Assembly (NCBI GenBank): GCA_041554135.1
Contig: JBFFML010000005.1
Location: forward strand, 28,195-92,194
Source of the DNA: Thermoplasmata archaeon
GTDB lineage: Archaea; Thermoplasmatota; Thermoplasmata; UBA10834
Length of the DNA stretch: 64,000 bases
Direction of reading: 5' to 3'
Shown here in pieces: positions 46,301 through 56,388 of the stretch; within the stretch, counting starts at the first letter, position 1; each line of letters begins with the position of its first letter. A model generated the notes under the pieces. That model was given only the letters and a program-made list of their open reading frames with translations, made no database searches and was not told the origin of the DNA. The position numbers and the translations under genes are program-made.

Positions 46301-47767
46301 GTGGAGGCGTTTTCAGACAGATTCAAGGTAAGGAAGCCAGCATCGATAATGTCCAGGGAAGACAAGGAGGCGATACACGAGGCCGCGCTGGACGTGATGG
46401 CAACCGTGGGCGTGAGGGTTCACAGCACGGTCGCTCGAGAGTCTTTGAAGAAGGCGGGCGCGACTGTGGACGACAAGACAGGCGTGGTCAAGCTCCCGAC
46501 CGACCTGACCAAGTCGCTCATCTCCAAGGCGCCCAACACCGTGGTACTCGCGGGGCGTGAGAAGGAATACGACCTTCCCATGGACAAGAGCCACTGCTAC
46601 TACACGACCGACGGCTGCGGCGTCAGCGTCTGGGATCAGAAGTCAAAGACCCGCAGGCTTTCGGTGCTCCAGGATGTGAAGGACAGCGCCGTCATCGGCG
46701 ATTATCTCCCACACTGCAGCATATACGAACCGATGGTTGTCGCGTCGGACATGCCCGAGGAGATCCACGTTGCGGCTGGGATGTGCGAAGCCTTCAAGAC
46801 AACCCCCAAGCACCTCGAGAGCGAGTCGACGTCTACGCCCGAGGAAGCGCGCCTTCAGGTCAAGATGGCCTCTGAGATCGTAGGGGGGTTCGAGGAACTC
46901 AAGAAGAGACATATAATGTCGGCCATGGTCTGCACGATGTCGCCTCTGACATTGGACGAGGGCGCCACGGACGCCGCGATGGTATGGGCGGAGGCGCATG
47001 TTCCAGTGTACATCTGTGGAATGGCGATGATGGGCGTCAGTGGACCGGCGACTATCGCTGGCGACCTGGTCGTCAACCACGCCGAGACGATGGCGTTGGT
47101 TGCGGCGATGCAGGCCCACACCCCAGGCTCACCTGCCATCTATGGCTCCGTCCTGTCGAACATGAACCCCAGGACCGGCGCTATACAGCTGGCTTCGCCA
47201 GAGGCCCTGCTGCTTTGCGTCGCCGCGAACGAGATCGCCAGACATCTCGGCCTACCTTCGTCGGCAGGCGGGCTGGGCTCGAACGCGAAGATACCTGGCA
47301 TCCAGAGTTGCATGGAGAACAGCATGCTGGCTTTCGGAAGCACGTGTTTCTGTCAAGAGGTCAGCAACGGGATCGGGATGCTGGACTGCTCCACCGTCCT
47401 CTCCTACGAGCAGATGGTGATTGACGACGAGATCATCGGTCGGGCGCTCTCATGCGGAAGGGAGATCCGCGTCGCAGCTGACAGCCTGTGCGTCGATGTA
47501 ATCAAGGATGTCGGTATCCTCGGGATGGGGAAGAAGAAAGGAAGCTACCTCGCCGAGAGGAGCACGATGCTTGGCGCCCGGGAGTTCTTCCAGTCCGAGC
47601 TGTTCACCGGTGAGACTTACGACCAGTGGGTGGCGAAGGGCAAGAAGGACGAGCTCACCCTGGCCAAGGAGAAGGCCGACTGGATATTGAAGAACCACGA
47701 GCCTCAGCGGCTCGACAGGGACATCGCTGCAAGGCTCGACCAGATGGTCAAGGAGTCCGCGGAGTGA
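46301..47767 (+). CDS. MttB-superfamily methyltransferase homologue, non-pyrrolysine type (2)
   Basis: MSREDKEAIHEAALDVMATVGV and family length. No in-frame TAG. GTG start preceded by AAGGGGTGA. Confidence 0.85.
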   Translation: MEAFSDRFKVRKPASIMSREDKEAIHEAALDVMATVGVRVHSTVARESLKKAGATVDDKTGVVKLPTDLTKSLISKAPNTVVLAGREKEYDLPMDKSHCYYTTDGCGVSVWDQKSKTRRLSVLQDVKDSAVIGDYLPHCSIYEPMVVASDMPEEIHVAAGMCEAFKTTPKHLESESTSTPEEARLQVKMASEIVGGFEELKKRHIMSAMVCTMSPLTLDEGATDAAMVWAEAHVPVYICGMAMMGVSGPATIAGDLVVNHAETMALVAAMQAHTPGSPAIYGSVLSNMNPRTGAIQLASPEALLLCVAANEIARHLGLPSSAGGLGSNAKIPGIQSCMENSMLAFGSTCFCQEVSNGIGMLDCSTVLSYEQMVIDDEIIGRALSCGREIRVAADSLCVDVIKDVGILGMGKKKGSYLAERSTMLGAREFFQSELFTGETYDQWVAKGKKDELTLAKEKADWILKNHEPQRLDRDIAARLDQMVKESAE

Positions 47768-47799
47768 TCTCGGGGAGACGCCATGGAAGTGCGGAGCCA

Positions 47800-49146
47800 T
47801 CACGCGATCACGTGGTTCGCGCACTTCTGGTTCCCCGGTGCCGAGAAGTAGTACTCCATCAGGCACTCGACCCATGATGATTCATCGACGAGGTCCAGGC
47901 CTATGTCGTGATACACGAACTGCATCGCCCATTTCCACGACTCCCCGTTGTATAGTGCTAGATTCGGCGGGAAGTTGATGTTCAGGCCACTCGGGACGTC
48001 ATCGAACCTCGGGCTGCATCCGCTGTTCACCAGAGCCGCATCGAAAGCGTCCAGAAACGCGTCGATGGCGACATCTAGTTCGCTATCGATACCCTTCAGG
48101 TCGTTGAAGAGGGTGCAGGCGTCGGGGAGGTATTCCCACCCTCCCACGTTGGCCCACATGCCTATCAACGCATGGTCCCAGGCCTCTCTCACGACATCGG
48201 CGTTATCCGCGACGAGAGGTTCGAGCACATCTGTCATGTCCATGAACGCTGCACCAAGCTCCTCAACAAGCGACATGTCAAAAGCTGAGAAGCTCACGAA
48301 GTCCTGATCATACGGGTAGATGTGCTCGTAGAGCGTCCTGGAGCTGTAGTATTCCATGTACATGTCGACCATGTCATGTGACAACTCGCCAGGAGTCATC
48401 TCCGGTTCTTCGACGAGCGCTTGTACGATCATATCGTAGGGCAGGCCGTCGTACGGCACCACCAGTTGCGAGGCCGCGAACCAGTCGACGGTATCTCGAA
48501 GTTCGTATGCTATCTCCACTGTTGCGACGCTACAGGCATCGAGAGCGAGTATGTCGACTTTGGCGCCGTCACAAGTCTCGCCTGCATCCCTGATTGCCTG
48601 GGCCATGCCGTCAATCAGCATGATGTCGCCGCCGTCGGTGTCGTCCAGACATAACCCACGCCACGAGTATCCGTGGTTCTGAATCACGAGCATCGTCTTA
48701 TCCGCAGGATAGTTCTGCAGACCATATTCCAGGAATCTCTGCAGAGTAGCTGGTCTGGACGAGTCCAGCTCCTCCCACGTCTCCACTGTATGACACTCGC
48801 CGTCGTGAACGTCGTAGATCCAAGTGCCGTTCTCCGAAAGTATGTCTACATAGGCCACCAGGTTGACGTTCGTATTGGATGTGAGCGCATTCACCCATGT
48901 CTCCATCGCGAACTCTGTGCAGAACTCCAGGTTGTTGTCTGCGTCCCAGTATATCAGGAGCGTCCACTCCTTGCCTTCCTGGGTCTCGGCGACCGACTCC
49001 GAAGCAGCAATCGATGCAGTAGGAAGCGCGAAGGCAACGGCCAGAATCGCGCAGAACAGGGCTCTCAGGTGTCTCTGAATCACTCTCCAAACCCCCCGAT
49101 ATCTCGACTGATTAGATGCCTCATCTCGTCTATAACACTTGCCCAC
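47800..49146 (-). CDS. Secreted clostripain-like cysteine peptidase (family C11), paralogue 3
   Basis: YWDADNNLE, QNHGYSW and ALDACSVAT, with signal LRALFCAILAVAFALPTASIAA. The start (GTG 49146) is uncertain. Confidence 0.7.
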   Translation of the reverse strand: MGKCYRRDEASNQSRYRGVWRVIQRHLRALFCAILAVAFALPTASIAASESVAETQEGKEWTLLIYWDADNNLEFCTEFAMETWVNALTSNTNVNLVAYVDILSENGTWIYDVHDGECHTVETWEELDSSRPATLQRFLEYGLQNYPADKTMLVIQNHGYSWRGLCLDDTDGGDIMLIDGMAQAIRDAGETCDGAKVDILALDACSVATVEIAYELRDTVDWFAASQLVVPYDGLPYDMIVQALVEEPEMTPGELSHDMVDMYMEYYSSRTLYEHIYPYDQDFVSFSAFDMSLVEELGAAFMDMTDVLEPLVADNADVVREAWDHALIGMWANVGGWEYLPDACTLFNDLKGIDSELDVAIDAFLDAFDAALVNSGCSPRFDDVPSGLNINFPPNLALYNGESWKWAMQFVYHDIGLDLVDESSWVECLMEYYFSAPGNQKCANHVIA

Positions 49147-49233
49147 CGCAGGGAGGATGAGTATTTAAAGTCAGTATCTGTCCACGAATCGCTCTAAGGG
49201 CTTCAGGGTACGAGCCCGAGCAGTCCATAGAAT

Positions 49234-49806
49234 TCAGCCCATGACCTGCTTCGTATTCTGCTCGGCTCTCTTCACGACCTCTCGGATCCTTTTCTTCCTC
49301 GTCTCTGGTCGCTTGGCCGAAGTCACCCACCCGATATATGCATGACGGTAAGACCTTGCGAACGCCTGGAAGTTCCTCCAGGCCGAGTCATTCTCCATAA
49401 GCGCGTCCTTGAGGTCCTTTGGAATGCGGGGGACTTTGCTCGGTCGGACTGTCCGATTCCACGCACCACTCCTCTTTGCAGCTTTGATCTTGGCCATGCC
49501 ATGAGAGGTCATCTTGCCCTCCTCGATCAGCCTCTCAGCTATCGATCGGTTCCTTGTGGACCATATGCTCTTCTGCCTTCTGGGCGTGAACCTCAACTTG
49601 TAACGTTCGTCGTCTATGCGTTTCAGTCCGCAATCGATCCAGCCGTAGCAGAGAGCCTCCTCTAACGCTTCCGTATAACTGAGGCACCCTACTCCGACAT
49701 GTCTCTTGAATGCGAGGATCCAGATTTCCGATCGTTTATCGTGATTCTTGCGAAGCCACTTTCGCCATGATTCTCTATTCTTGAAGAACTGAGGTTCTGT
49801 CGCCAT
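49234..49806 (-). CDS. YdeI/OmpD-associated-family protein
   Basis: FKNRESWRKWLRKNH...EALCYGWID...RFTPRR pattern typical of this family. Confidence 0.55.
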   Translation of the reverse strand: MATEPQFFKNRESWRKWLRKNHDKRSEIWILAFKRHVGVGCLSYTEALEEALCYGWIDCGLKRIDDERYKLRFTPRRQKSIWSTRNRSIAERLIEEGKMTSHGMAKIKAAKRSGAWNRTVRPSKVPRIPKDLKDALMENDSAWRNFQAFARSYRHAYIGWVTSAKRPETRKKRIREVVKRAEQNTKQVMG

Positions 49807-49812
49807 GCGCGT

Positions 49813-50802
49813 CTAGCGCCTCCGCAGTTTCGGATTGAAGATGTCGTCGAGGGCATGGCCTACGAAAGTGAAACCAAGAACCACAAGCACGATAAATATC
49901 CCCGGCATGATGATCCACCAGTACAATCCGTTCAGCATTGCACCTTCCTGTATCGCGTCATCGAGCATGTTGCCCCAGGTCACTACTTCGTTGGATTGCG
50001 GTCCGAGGCGTATGAAACTCAGTGTGCTCTCGGACAGAATCGAGAGCGCGATCGTGAGAACTGCATTGGCGAACACCAATGGGAAGACGTTGGGAAACAC
50101 ATGCTTCCTGACTATGTGCATGTCGCCTGCCCCGATCGCTTGGGCGCGCTCGACGAATGCTCGTTCCTTGACGGAGAACACCTGGGCACGGACAATTCTC
50201 GCTGTGCTCGACCATCCGGTTATGCCAATGACGACAATGACCTTCCATACGCTAGGCCCTCCAGGGAGGACAGTCGCGAGGACTATCATCAAGACGAGCC
50301 ATGGAATCACGAGGAAGACATCGGTGACCCGCATCAGGACCGCGTCCTTCCAACCTCCCCAATAGCCGCTCAGTATTCCCACACCCGCTCCGAGCACCAT
50401 TGAGACCAGCGCAGCCACGAATCCTATGATGAGCGACACGCGTGCGCCGTGGATCAGCCTTGCGAACAGATCCCAACCCCTTCCGTCCGTCCCCATCCAA
50501 TGCTCATCTGAAGGCGGGTGCGCGTATCCGTCGAAGTCAGGCATGACCTCAAACGGATCCCAAGGCGATTCCCATCCTCCGATGAGATAGCAGAGGTACA
50601 CTATCTGGTTGGCGAAGAGTGCCATCGCGACGAAACCGATGAGTATGGCCAGACCGACCATGCCAAATCGATTCCTGTAGAAAACCTTCCAGCTCGCTGT
50701 GGCGCGGTTCATCAGGATTCTAAGCTTCTCGCCCCTCGTCTCTGAGATGATCCTCGTCTTCCAGGAGGGGCGCCCGTCCTGCGGTTTGTCGATCGAAGTC
50801 AT
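49813..50802 (-). CDS. ABC transporter permease, DppC/OppC type
   Basis: N-terminal OppC-like segment and an EAA-type loop (ERAQAIGAG..IVRKHVFPN). Confidence 0.85.
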   Translation of the reverse strand: MTSIDKPQDGRPSWKTRIISETRGEKLRILMNRATASWKVFYRNRFGMVGLAILIGFVAMALFANQIVYLCYLIGGWESPWDPFEVMPDFDGYAHPPSDEHWMGTDGRGWDLFARLIHGARVSLIIGFVAALVSMVLGAGVGILSGYWGGWKDAVLMRVTDVFLVIPWLVLMIVLATVLPGGPSVWKVIVVIGITGWSSTARIVRAQVFSVKERAFVERAQAIGAGDMHIVRKHVFPNVFPLVFANAVLTIALSILSESTLSFIRLGPQSNEVVTWGNMLDDAIQEGAMLNGLYWWIIMPGIFIVLVVLGFTFVGHALDDIFNPKLRRR

Positions 50803-51728
50803 CCCGTCGCCTCCGACTTGATTCGTGGGTCAAGATACATCAGCAATATATCCGCAATGAAGTTCGCAACTATTACCGTCAGAGTAATGATGAAGAAAGC
50901 TGCCTGTAGCACAGGGTAGTCCATTTCGTATGTGGCCAAGATGGTCCTCCATCCGATGCCTGGATAACTGAATACATACTCCGTCTGGAACGCCCCACCC
51001 ACTATGAAGGCGAGGCTTATTGCGATCAGAGACACCATCGGCAGCATGGCGTTGGGGACGGCATGGTTCCTCAAGACCTTCATCTTCGACAAGCCTTTCG
51101 CCCTCGCCGTTATGATGTATTCCTCTGTCATGACATCAGTGAGGGCTCCCCGCATGATGATCGAGAATGCGGCGATGCTCACTAAGGTCAAGCTTGCAGC
51201 TGGGAGAGCAAGATGCCACAGGAGGTCGTAGATAGACTCCCAGGACCAATCCAGTGTGCCTCCAATGCTCAAAGCTCTGGATGAAGGGAACCATTCTAGA
51301 TTCACTGAGAACAGTGCGACGAACATCATGGAGAGCCAGAACGTCGGCATTGCGTAGAAGAACAAAGAGAAGACGAGGCTGAAGGTGTCGAACCTGCCTC
51401 CTCTGTTGGCGGCGCCAAGGATGCCGATCGCCATCCCTATGACAATCATGAGGATAGATGACGTACCTGTTAAGATTAGAGTCCATTTCATATGATCCAT
51501 GACGATTTCCATTGCGGGCGTATTCCGTTCGATGAACGAATTCCCGAAGTTGAGTGTAAGGCAGCTCTTTATGTAAGTCACGAACTGAACATGCATGGGG
51601 TCGTCAAGGTCGAACTCGTCGATCAATCTCTCCTTCAGCTCGTCGCCGAATTTGGGATTGTTCGATATCATGAAATTGATCGGGTCCCCCGGCATCATTC
51701 GGAAGAGGATGAAGTTCAGTAGAATCAC
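50799..51728 (-). CDS. ABC transporter permease, DppB/OppB type (true N-terminus probably extends to about 51782-51791 without a canonical start codon)
   Basis: PGDP motif and EAA loop (ARAKGLS). The in-frame upstream codons encode TTKFILKSATNSLITVIL, which completes TM1. Confidence 0.8.
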   Translation of the reverse strand: MILLNFILFRMMPGDPINFMISNNPKFGDELKERLIDEFDLDDPMHVQFVTYIKSCLTLNFGNSFIERNTPAMEIVMDHMKWTLILTGTSSILMIVIGMAIGILGAANRGGRFDTFSLVFSLFFYAMPTFWLSMMFVALFSVNLEWFPSSRALSIGGTLDWSWESIYDLLWHLALPAASLTLVSIAAFSIIMRGALTDVMTEEYIITARAKGLSKMKVLRNHAVPNAMLPMVSLIAISLAFIVGGAFQTEYVFSYPGIGWRTILATYEMDYPVLQAAFFIITLTVIVANFIADILLMYLDPRIKSEATG

Positions 51729-51915
51729 TAGTATAACTGTGATGAGAGAGTTCGTGGCACTCTTTAGAATGAACTTGGTCGTGCGATTCGTATCTCTCCC
51801 CCCTTTGTCTCTCTGTTATAACCGATGTCAGCCTTTCAGATGTCTATTCTGCCTCCGTAGTCCTTATAGTGAAATGACGGAAAGGGTTTCAGATGTCACT
51901 AGCCTCGGCCAGCGC

Positions 51916-54621
51916 CTACTCCGGAGGCGGAGGATTGAACCGCTCTTCAGATGACGTAGGCGTTTCACCCTTCTTTCTACGCTTGAGCAGGACCATCGCA
52001 ACGACAGCTAAGGCTATGAGAGCGACAGCTCCTATGGCAACCAATGCGGCCGTAGACAATCCACCAGCCGGCTTCTCATCGAGGCGGATATCGACCGTGA
52101 CCGTCTCGCCGACAACGACCTCAACGGTGGTGCTGTTCTCCTTGTATCCCGCCTTTGTAGCCGTCACAGTGTACGTTCCCTCAGGGACAACATTGAACTC
52201 GAAGTATCCCGTGTCGGTTGTGGTGAACGAATCCGCCACGCCTCCTCCCGCGATCTTGACGACGGAGTTCTCGATGCCCTCTCCAGTCTCGCTGTCAATC
52301 ACATGGCCTATGACATTACCTGCAGTGGCAGTCAAGGTGAAGTTCTGCCAGGTCGTGGCGTTCGCCACCACGGTCACCTCTTTCGAATCGTTTGAGTATC
52401 CAGCCTTGGTGACGTTCACCACGTACGAGCCCTCCGCAACGATGAAGCTATACAGCCCCGTCGAATCAGACTGATGCGTGTTTCCTCCGACCGTGACGCT
52501 GGCCCCCACTATCGGCTCGCTCGAGCTCGTGTTCACATATCCTTTGATGAAGCCAGCATTCTCAGGAATATCTGTCACGGTGATCGTGATCAGATCGCTC
52601 GCGCTCAGGCCGTCAGGATCGGTGACCGTCAGCGTTATGCCAACCTCGCCCAAATTGTCGAATGTGTAGTCGATGGTTCGACCGCTGAGCGAAGTCACAT
52701 CTCCGCCGTCATCGATATCCCAGTCCCAGGTCAGGGAGTCTATTGGGTCGTTCACATCCTTGGCTTCCCCGGTAAAGCTTAGGGTCTCTCCCACTACGCA
52801 AGTCGTGTCCACTCCTGCGTCTACCATGCTGGGCGCAACTGGCGAGCCGATTTTGTATATCTCATAGTAGAACCAGAAACTGTCAGGGCTGATTCCAGCA
52901 TTGACCACCATGTCCGGGAAGTTGGTGAACTCGTCAGTTCTGTATGCGTCCAATCCGGAAGGATACCACAGGATCTCGTAAGGGCAGTCTCTGTATGCAA
53001 TTCTCTGCATCTCGAATACGATTTCCTGCCTCTCTGACATGTTCAGTGCTTGCTGCTGTTTGATGAAAAGCTCGTCATATTCTGGGTTCGAATAGTAGCA
53101 GTCGGACCACGCGGTCTTGTCCTTAGAATTCGCCGGAATCTCCTCCGTAGTCAGGACAGACAGCAGGAAGCTCGGGTCGACATCGGGCTGCCAGTTCCAT
53201 ATGAACAGATCATACTCCATGCCGAACCACATGGTGTATAGAATGCCCTCCATGACGCCTTGCGGCTCTGCTCTTATACCAATATCCGCAAGCCAGAGGC
53301 TTATCTGGTCTGCGGTTTCCACATCCTGCGGGTTGGTGCTGATGTAGAAGAAGTCGAAGTCGAGAAGCACGCCGCTCGTCTCGTTCTCCCTCACCTCTGT
53401 GCTGTTGATGTACTTGTATCCGGCGTCCTCGAGAAGCTGTCTGGCCTCATCCAGGTCGTTCGACCATTTCTCCTCTTCGGGCACCTCCCAATGCCAGTAC
53501 GGAGTGGCTGGAGGTATCAACGAACTTCCCACGGTGGATAGGTTGTGCATGATATACTGATTGATCCACACCTCATCAATGGCTATTGACATGGCCTGTC
53601 TCACCGCAATGTTGCAGGTCTCATAGTTGTCGCTAGCCTGAGGGAAGTTGGGCTGTCCTTTATCGTTGACACTCTCCCGGACTTCTTGCGGGGCACAATT
53701 ACTGCCGAATTCTGTAAGGTCCAGAGCAGGCGCCACCTGCCCTTCGATATCATCTAGAGCAATCGTCGCATCCCATTGACTGGGCGGAACGCCCATCGCG
53801 AGGTCGATCTCTCCCGTGTCGAGTGCAGTTATCATGGCATTAGCTTGGGTGTAGATCACCAACTGGAGTACGTCTATGTTCACCTTCCCCCAGTGATACT
53901 GGTCCCATGCCTGCAATGTGACAAGCCCTTCCGTCCGTCTGTACTCCTTCAAGATGAACGGACCGGAGCCAATCGGGCCATCTGGAAATACTGCCGTGTC
54001 GAACATGTCAACGTTTGCCAGCTCCGTGGTTGGTATCTGGCTCCAGAGATGCTCAGGGAGAATCGGCACCGTAAGACACTCCATGTCCGCCCTTGAACAG
54101 TTGAGCTCGAACACAACAGTGTAGTCATCTGTCGCAGTCACACTTGTGATATTCTTCACATATGCCGCGAACATCCCGCATTCGATCGGGTTATCGACTA
54201 TCAGGTCGAAGGTGAACTCCACATCGTGTGCCGTCACAGGCGTGCCGTCATGGAAGACGGAATCTCTCACCAAGTGATACGTCCAGACAGTGGCTTCTTC
54301 AGTCGCCTCCCATGAGCTAGCAAGCTGCTCGTGCGGTTCCATCTTCTCAGGACCCGGTGTTATCAGGAATTCATATGTCATCCAGAGGACGGAATACGAG
54401 ATGCCTGTCGTCATCTCAAACGGGTTGAAATCGTCTGGCACAAGCGTTGTCCCTATCGAGTAGACTATCGGGTCTGCAGCTGCTACGTTGCTCACTTCAG
54501 GCACTGCAAGAGCTGCAAAGGTAGTCGTAGCCATCAAGAGGGCTGCAAACCACGAGAGGCACACAAACCGACGCCCCCTACAGATGCCCCCTCTACTCGC
54601 CCAAGGTCGAATCTCTGTCAT
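51916..54621 (-). CDS. Family-5 (peptide/nickel) ABC substrate-binding protein with C-terminal PKD-like and beta-sandwich repeats and a TM anchor
   Basis: SBP_bac_5-like core. DWDIDDGGD..ITLTVTDPDG (PKD-like). Two G.V.D..(T/S)G..I....V repeats (CarboxypepD_reg-like). C-terminal LVAIGAVALIALAVVAMVLLKRRKK. Start at ATG 54621 before the signal sequence. Confidence 0.8.
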   Translation of the reverse strand: MTEIRPWASRGGICRGRRFVCLSWFAALLMATTTFAALAVPEVSNVAAADPIVYSIGTTLVPDDFNPFEMTTGISYSVLWMTYEFLITPGPEKMEPHEQLASSWEATEEATVWTYHLVRDSVFHDGTPVTAHDVEFTFDLIVDNPIECGMFAAYVKNITSVTATDDYTVVFELNCSRADMECLTVPILPEHLWSQIPTTELANVDMFDTAVFPDGPIGSGPFILKEYRRTEGLVTLQAWDQYHWGKVNIDVLQLVIYTQANAMITALDTGEIDLAMGVPPSQWDATIALDDIEGQVAPALDLTEFGSNCAPQEVRESVNDKGQPNFPQASDNYETCNIAVRQAMSIAIDEVWINQYIMHNLSTVGSSLIPPATPYWHWEVPEEEKWSNDLDEARQLLEDAGYKYINSTEVRENETSGVLLDFDFFYISTNPQDVETADQISLWLADIGIRAEPQGVMEGILYTMWFGMEYDLFIWNWQPDVDPSFLLSVLTTEEIPANSKDKTAWSDCYYSNPEYDELFIKQQQALNMSERQEIVFEMQRIAYRDCPYEILWYPSGLDAYRTDEFTNFPDMVVNAGISPDSFWFYYEIYKIGSPVAPSMVDAGVDTTCVVGETLSFTGEAKDVNDPIDSLTWDWDIDDGGDVTSLSGRTIDYTFDNLGEVGITLTVTDPDGLSASDLITITVTDIPENAGFIKGYVNTSSSEPIVGASVTVGGNTHQSDSTGLYSFIVAEGSYVVNVTKAGYSNDSKEVTVVANATTWQNFTLTATAGNVIGHVIDSETGEGIENSVVKIAGGGVADSFTTTDTGYFEFNVVPEGTYTVTATKAGYKENSTTVEVVVGETVTVDIRLDEKPAGGLSTAALVAIGAVALIALAVVAMVLLKRRKKGETPTSSEERFNPPPPE

Positions 54622-55074
54622 CAACTGACAATCCCCCTGCCGCTTCTGACATCTCATACGGAAGCGAAGCGGTTGAGCCCGTAATGGCAATAATCCGCTA
54701 AAATGGTACGGATGATTGCTGAGGAGTCTGGCAAGGGCATAACTACGATATTCGACATCGCAGTACGATATCAGTGGAACGAGGAGCGCGGGTTTCTGCC
54801 TCAGCCGGGCTAGCATCTCTGTGATTCAGGAAGATAAATGGAATCTCATCCCATGCTGGGACGGGCGCTTTCTTGTCACTCGTCGGTCATTCTGCCATTG
54901 GCGCGTACAGAAATGGCATCTCTTTGTCTTTGGATATCCAGGAGATCAGCGATCCCGCGTTTGGAGAAGTGGTATCTTAGGAATATGGATATCCGTCTTC
55001 CACTTCTTCGCGAACGACTACTCACAAGAGATGATCGGTCGAATGGTCTGCTTTGAACGGTCTTCGGTGTTTGC

Positions 55075-56388
55075 ATGAAGGATGCCAATCGAAGAAACGG
55101 CGGATCCAAGTGGTTAAGGGAGACATTTGCCCTTTCGCGGGACTTCACGGTCATAGTCATAGCACTCATTGTGGTTAGCCTGGGCTTCGGTCTTCTTGGT
55201 CCGCTCATGCCAACATTTCGCGAAATCCTTGGCATGTCTGAGGCCGAACTCGGAGCGGCGTACTCTCTCTTCGCCTTCGCCTTCGTCTTCACTCTCCCGC
55301 CGGCAGGCCTACTCGCTGACAAAGTGGGCAGGAAACGCATGATATCTTCCGGTGTACTACTGTTTGGAATCACGACCTACGCCTTGGTGCTGATAACAGA
55401 GCCCTATCAGTTCGCGCTCTTGAGGATTCTGGAAGGCGTTGGATCTGCGATGGTCACCCCCGCTGCTTTCGCTCTGACGCTCGACATTGTGCCGGAGGGC
55501 AAGCGCGGAGTGGCAATGGGCGCGGAGGGCACAGCTCAGCTTCTTGGCGGTTTGGCTGGCCCTGCTCTTGGAGGCATAATTGCGGGCCAAATGGGATTCT
55601 ATGTCCCGTTCTACTTCGCAGCGATACTTGCCATCGCCTGTGCTATCATCGTTCTGTTCATCAGAGAGCCGAAAACTGTTCGCTCTGAGGATGAGAAAGT
55701 CTCGCTGGTAACCATGTTCAGTGCCTGGAGCAGGAATGCTGCTGAGAACCGCGCTCTGCTCCCACTCACAGTCAGAGCTCTTGTCATGGGCATTGTACAG
55801 GGCCTCTGGGCCCTCGGTCTTATCATGTTCTGGGAGGACAGGCTCGACATGACTCACACGGAGGTCGGACTTGCCATGTCAATAGGCATGGCAACGATGG
55901 CAATTGGCACGATCCCTTTTGGAGTGATGTCCGACAAGTATGGAAGAAAACGGTTCATAATCATCGGCGGCTCGTTTATGGCGGGTGGACTGGCAGCAAT
56001 GGCGTTTGTGACCGATACCTGGCAAGTGTACGCCCTGGTTGCGATCTCCGAGCTCGGCGCGGCTGTGTCTAATCCCTCTGTCGGAGCTCTGCTCGGAGAC
56101 GTCATGAATCAGAAAGAAAGGGGGCGGGTCATGGGCGCATATCAGACGGTTCAGGGGATCGGCAACATAGCTGGCTTCTCCGCCCTCGGCCTTATGTACG
56201 AGAAGATGGGTCCGAGAGCCCCGATTCTCGCGTGTGCTGGCGCGCTCGCGTCAGCCACCACAATCATCGCCCTGTTCGTGGATGAGACTCACAAAGCACA
56301 GAGGAAGGACTTCTCCTTGGAACCTTCGAAAGAGAGAACGCAGCTTCGAGAAGGAAGCACAGGAGCATCCGACGACATAGTCTCCTGA
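55075..56388 (+). CDS. MFS transporter
   Basis: 12-TM pattern and the LADKVGRKR loop motif. Confidence 0.8.
   Translation: MKDANRRNGGSKWLRETFALSRDFTVIVIALIVVSLGFGLLGPLMPTFREILGMSEAELGAAYSLFAFAFVFTLPPAGLLADKVGRKRMISSGVLLFGITTYALVLITEPYQFALLRILEGVGSAMVTPAAFALTLDIVPEGKRGVAMGAEGTAQLLGGLAGPALGGIIAGQMGFYVPFYFAAILAIACAIIVLFIREPKTVRSEDEKVSLVTMFSAWSRNAAENRALLPLTVRALVMGIVQGLWALGLIMFWEDRLDMTHTEVGLAMSIGMATMAIGTIPFGVMSDKYGRKRFIIIGGSFMAGGLAAMAFVTDTWQVYALVAISELGAAVSNPSVGALLGDVMNQKERGRVMGAYQTVQGIGNIAGFSALGLMYEKMGPRAPILACAGALASATTIIALFVDETHKAQRKDFSLEPSKERTQLREGSTGASDDIVS

Noticed and set aside
40208-47767. Pyrrolysine (in-frame TAG) in the two MttB homologues
   Set aside because: Both ORFs are uninterrupted from start to stop, so they are non-Pyl family members.
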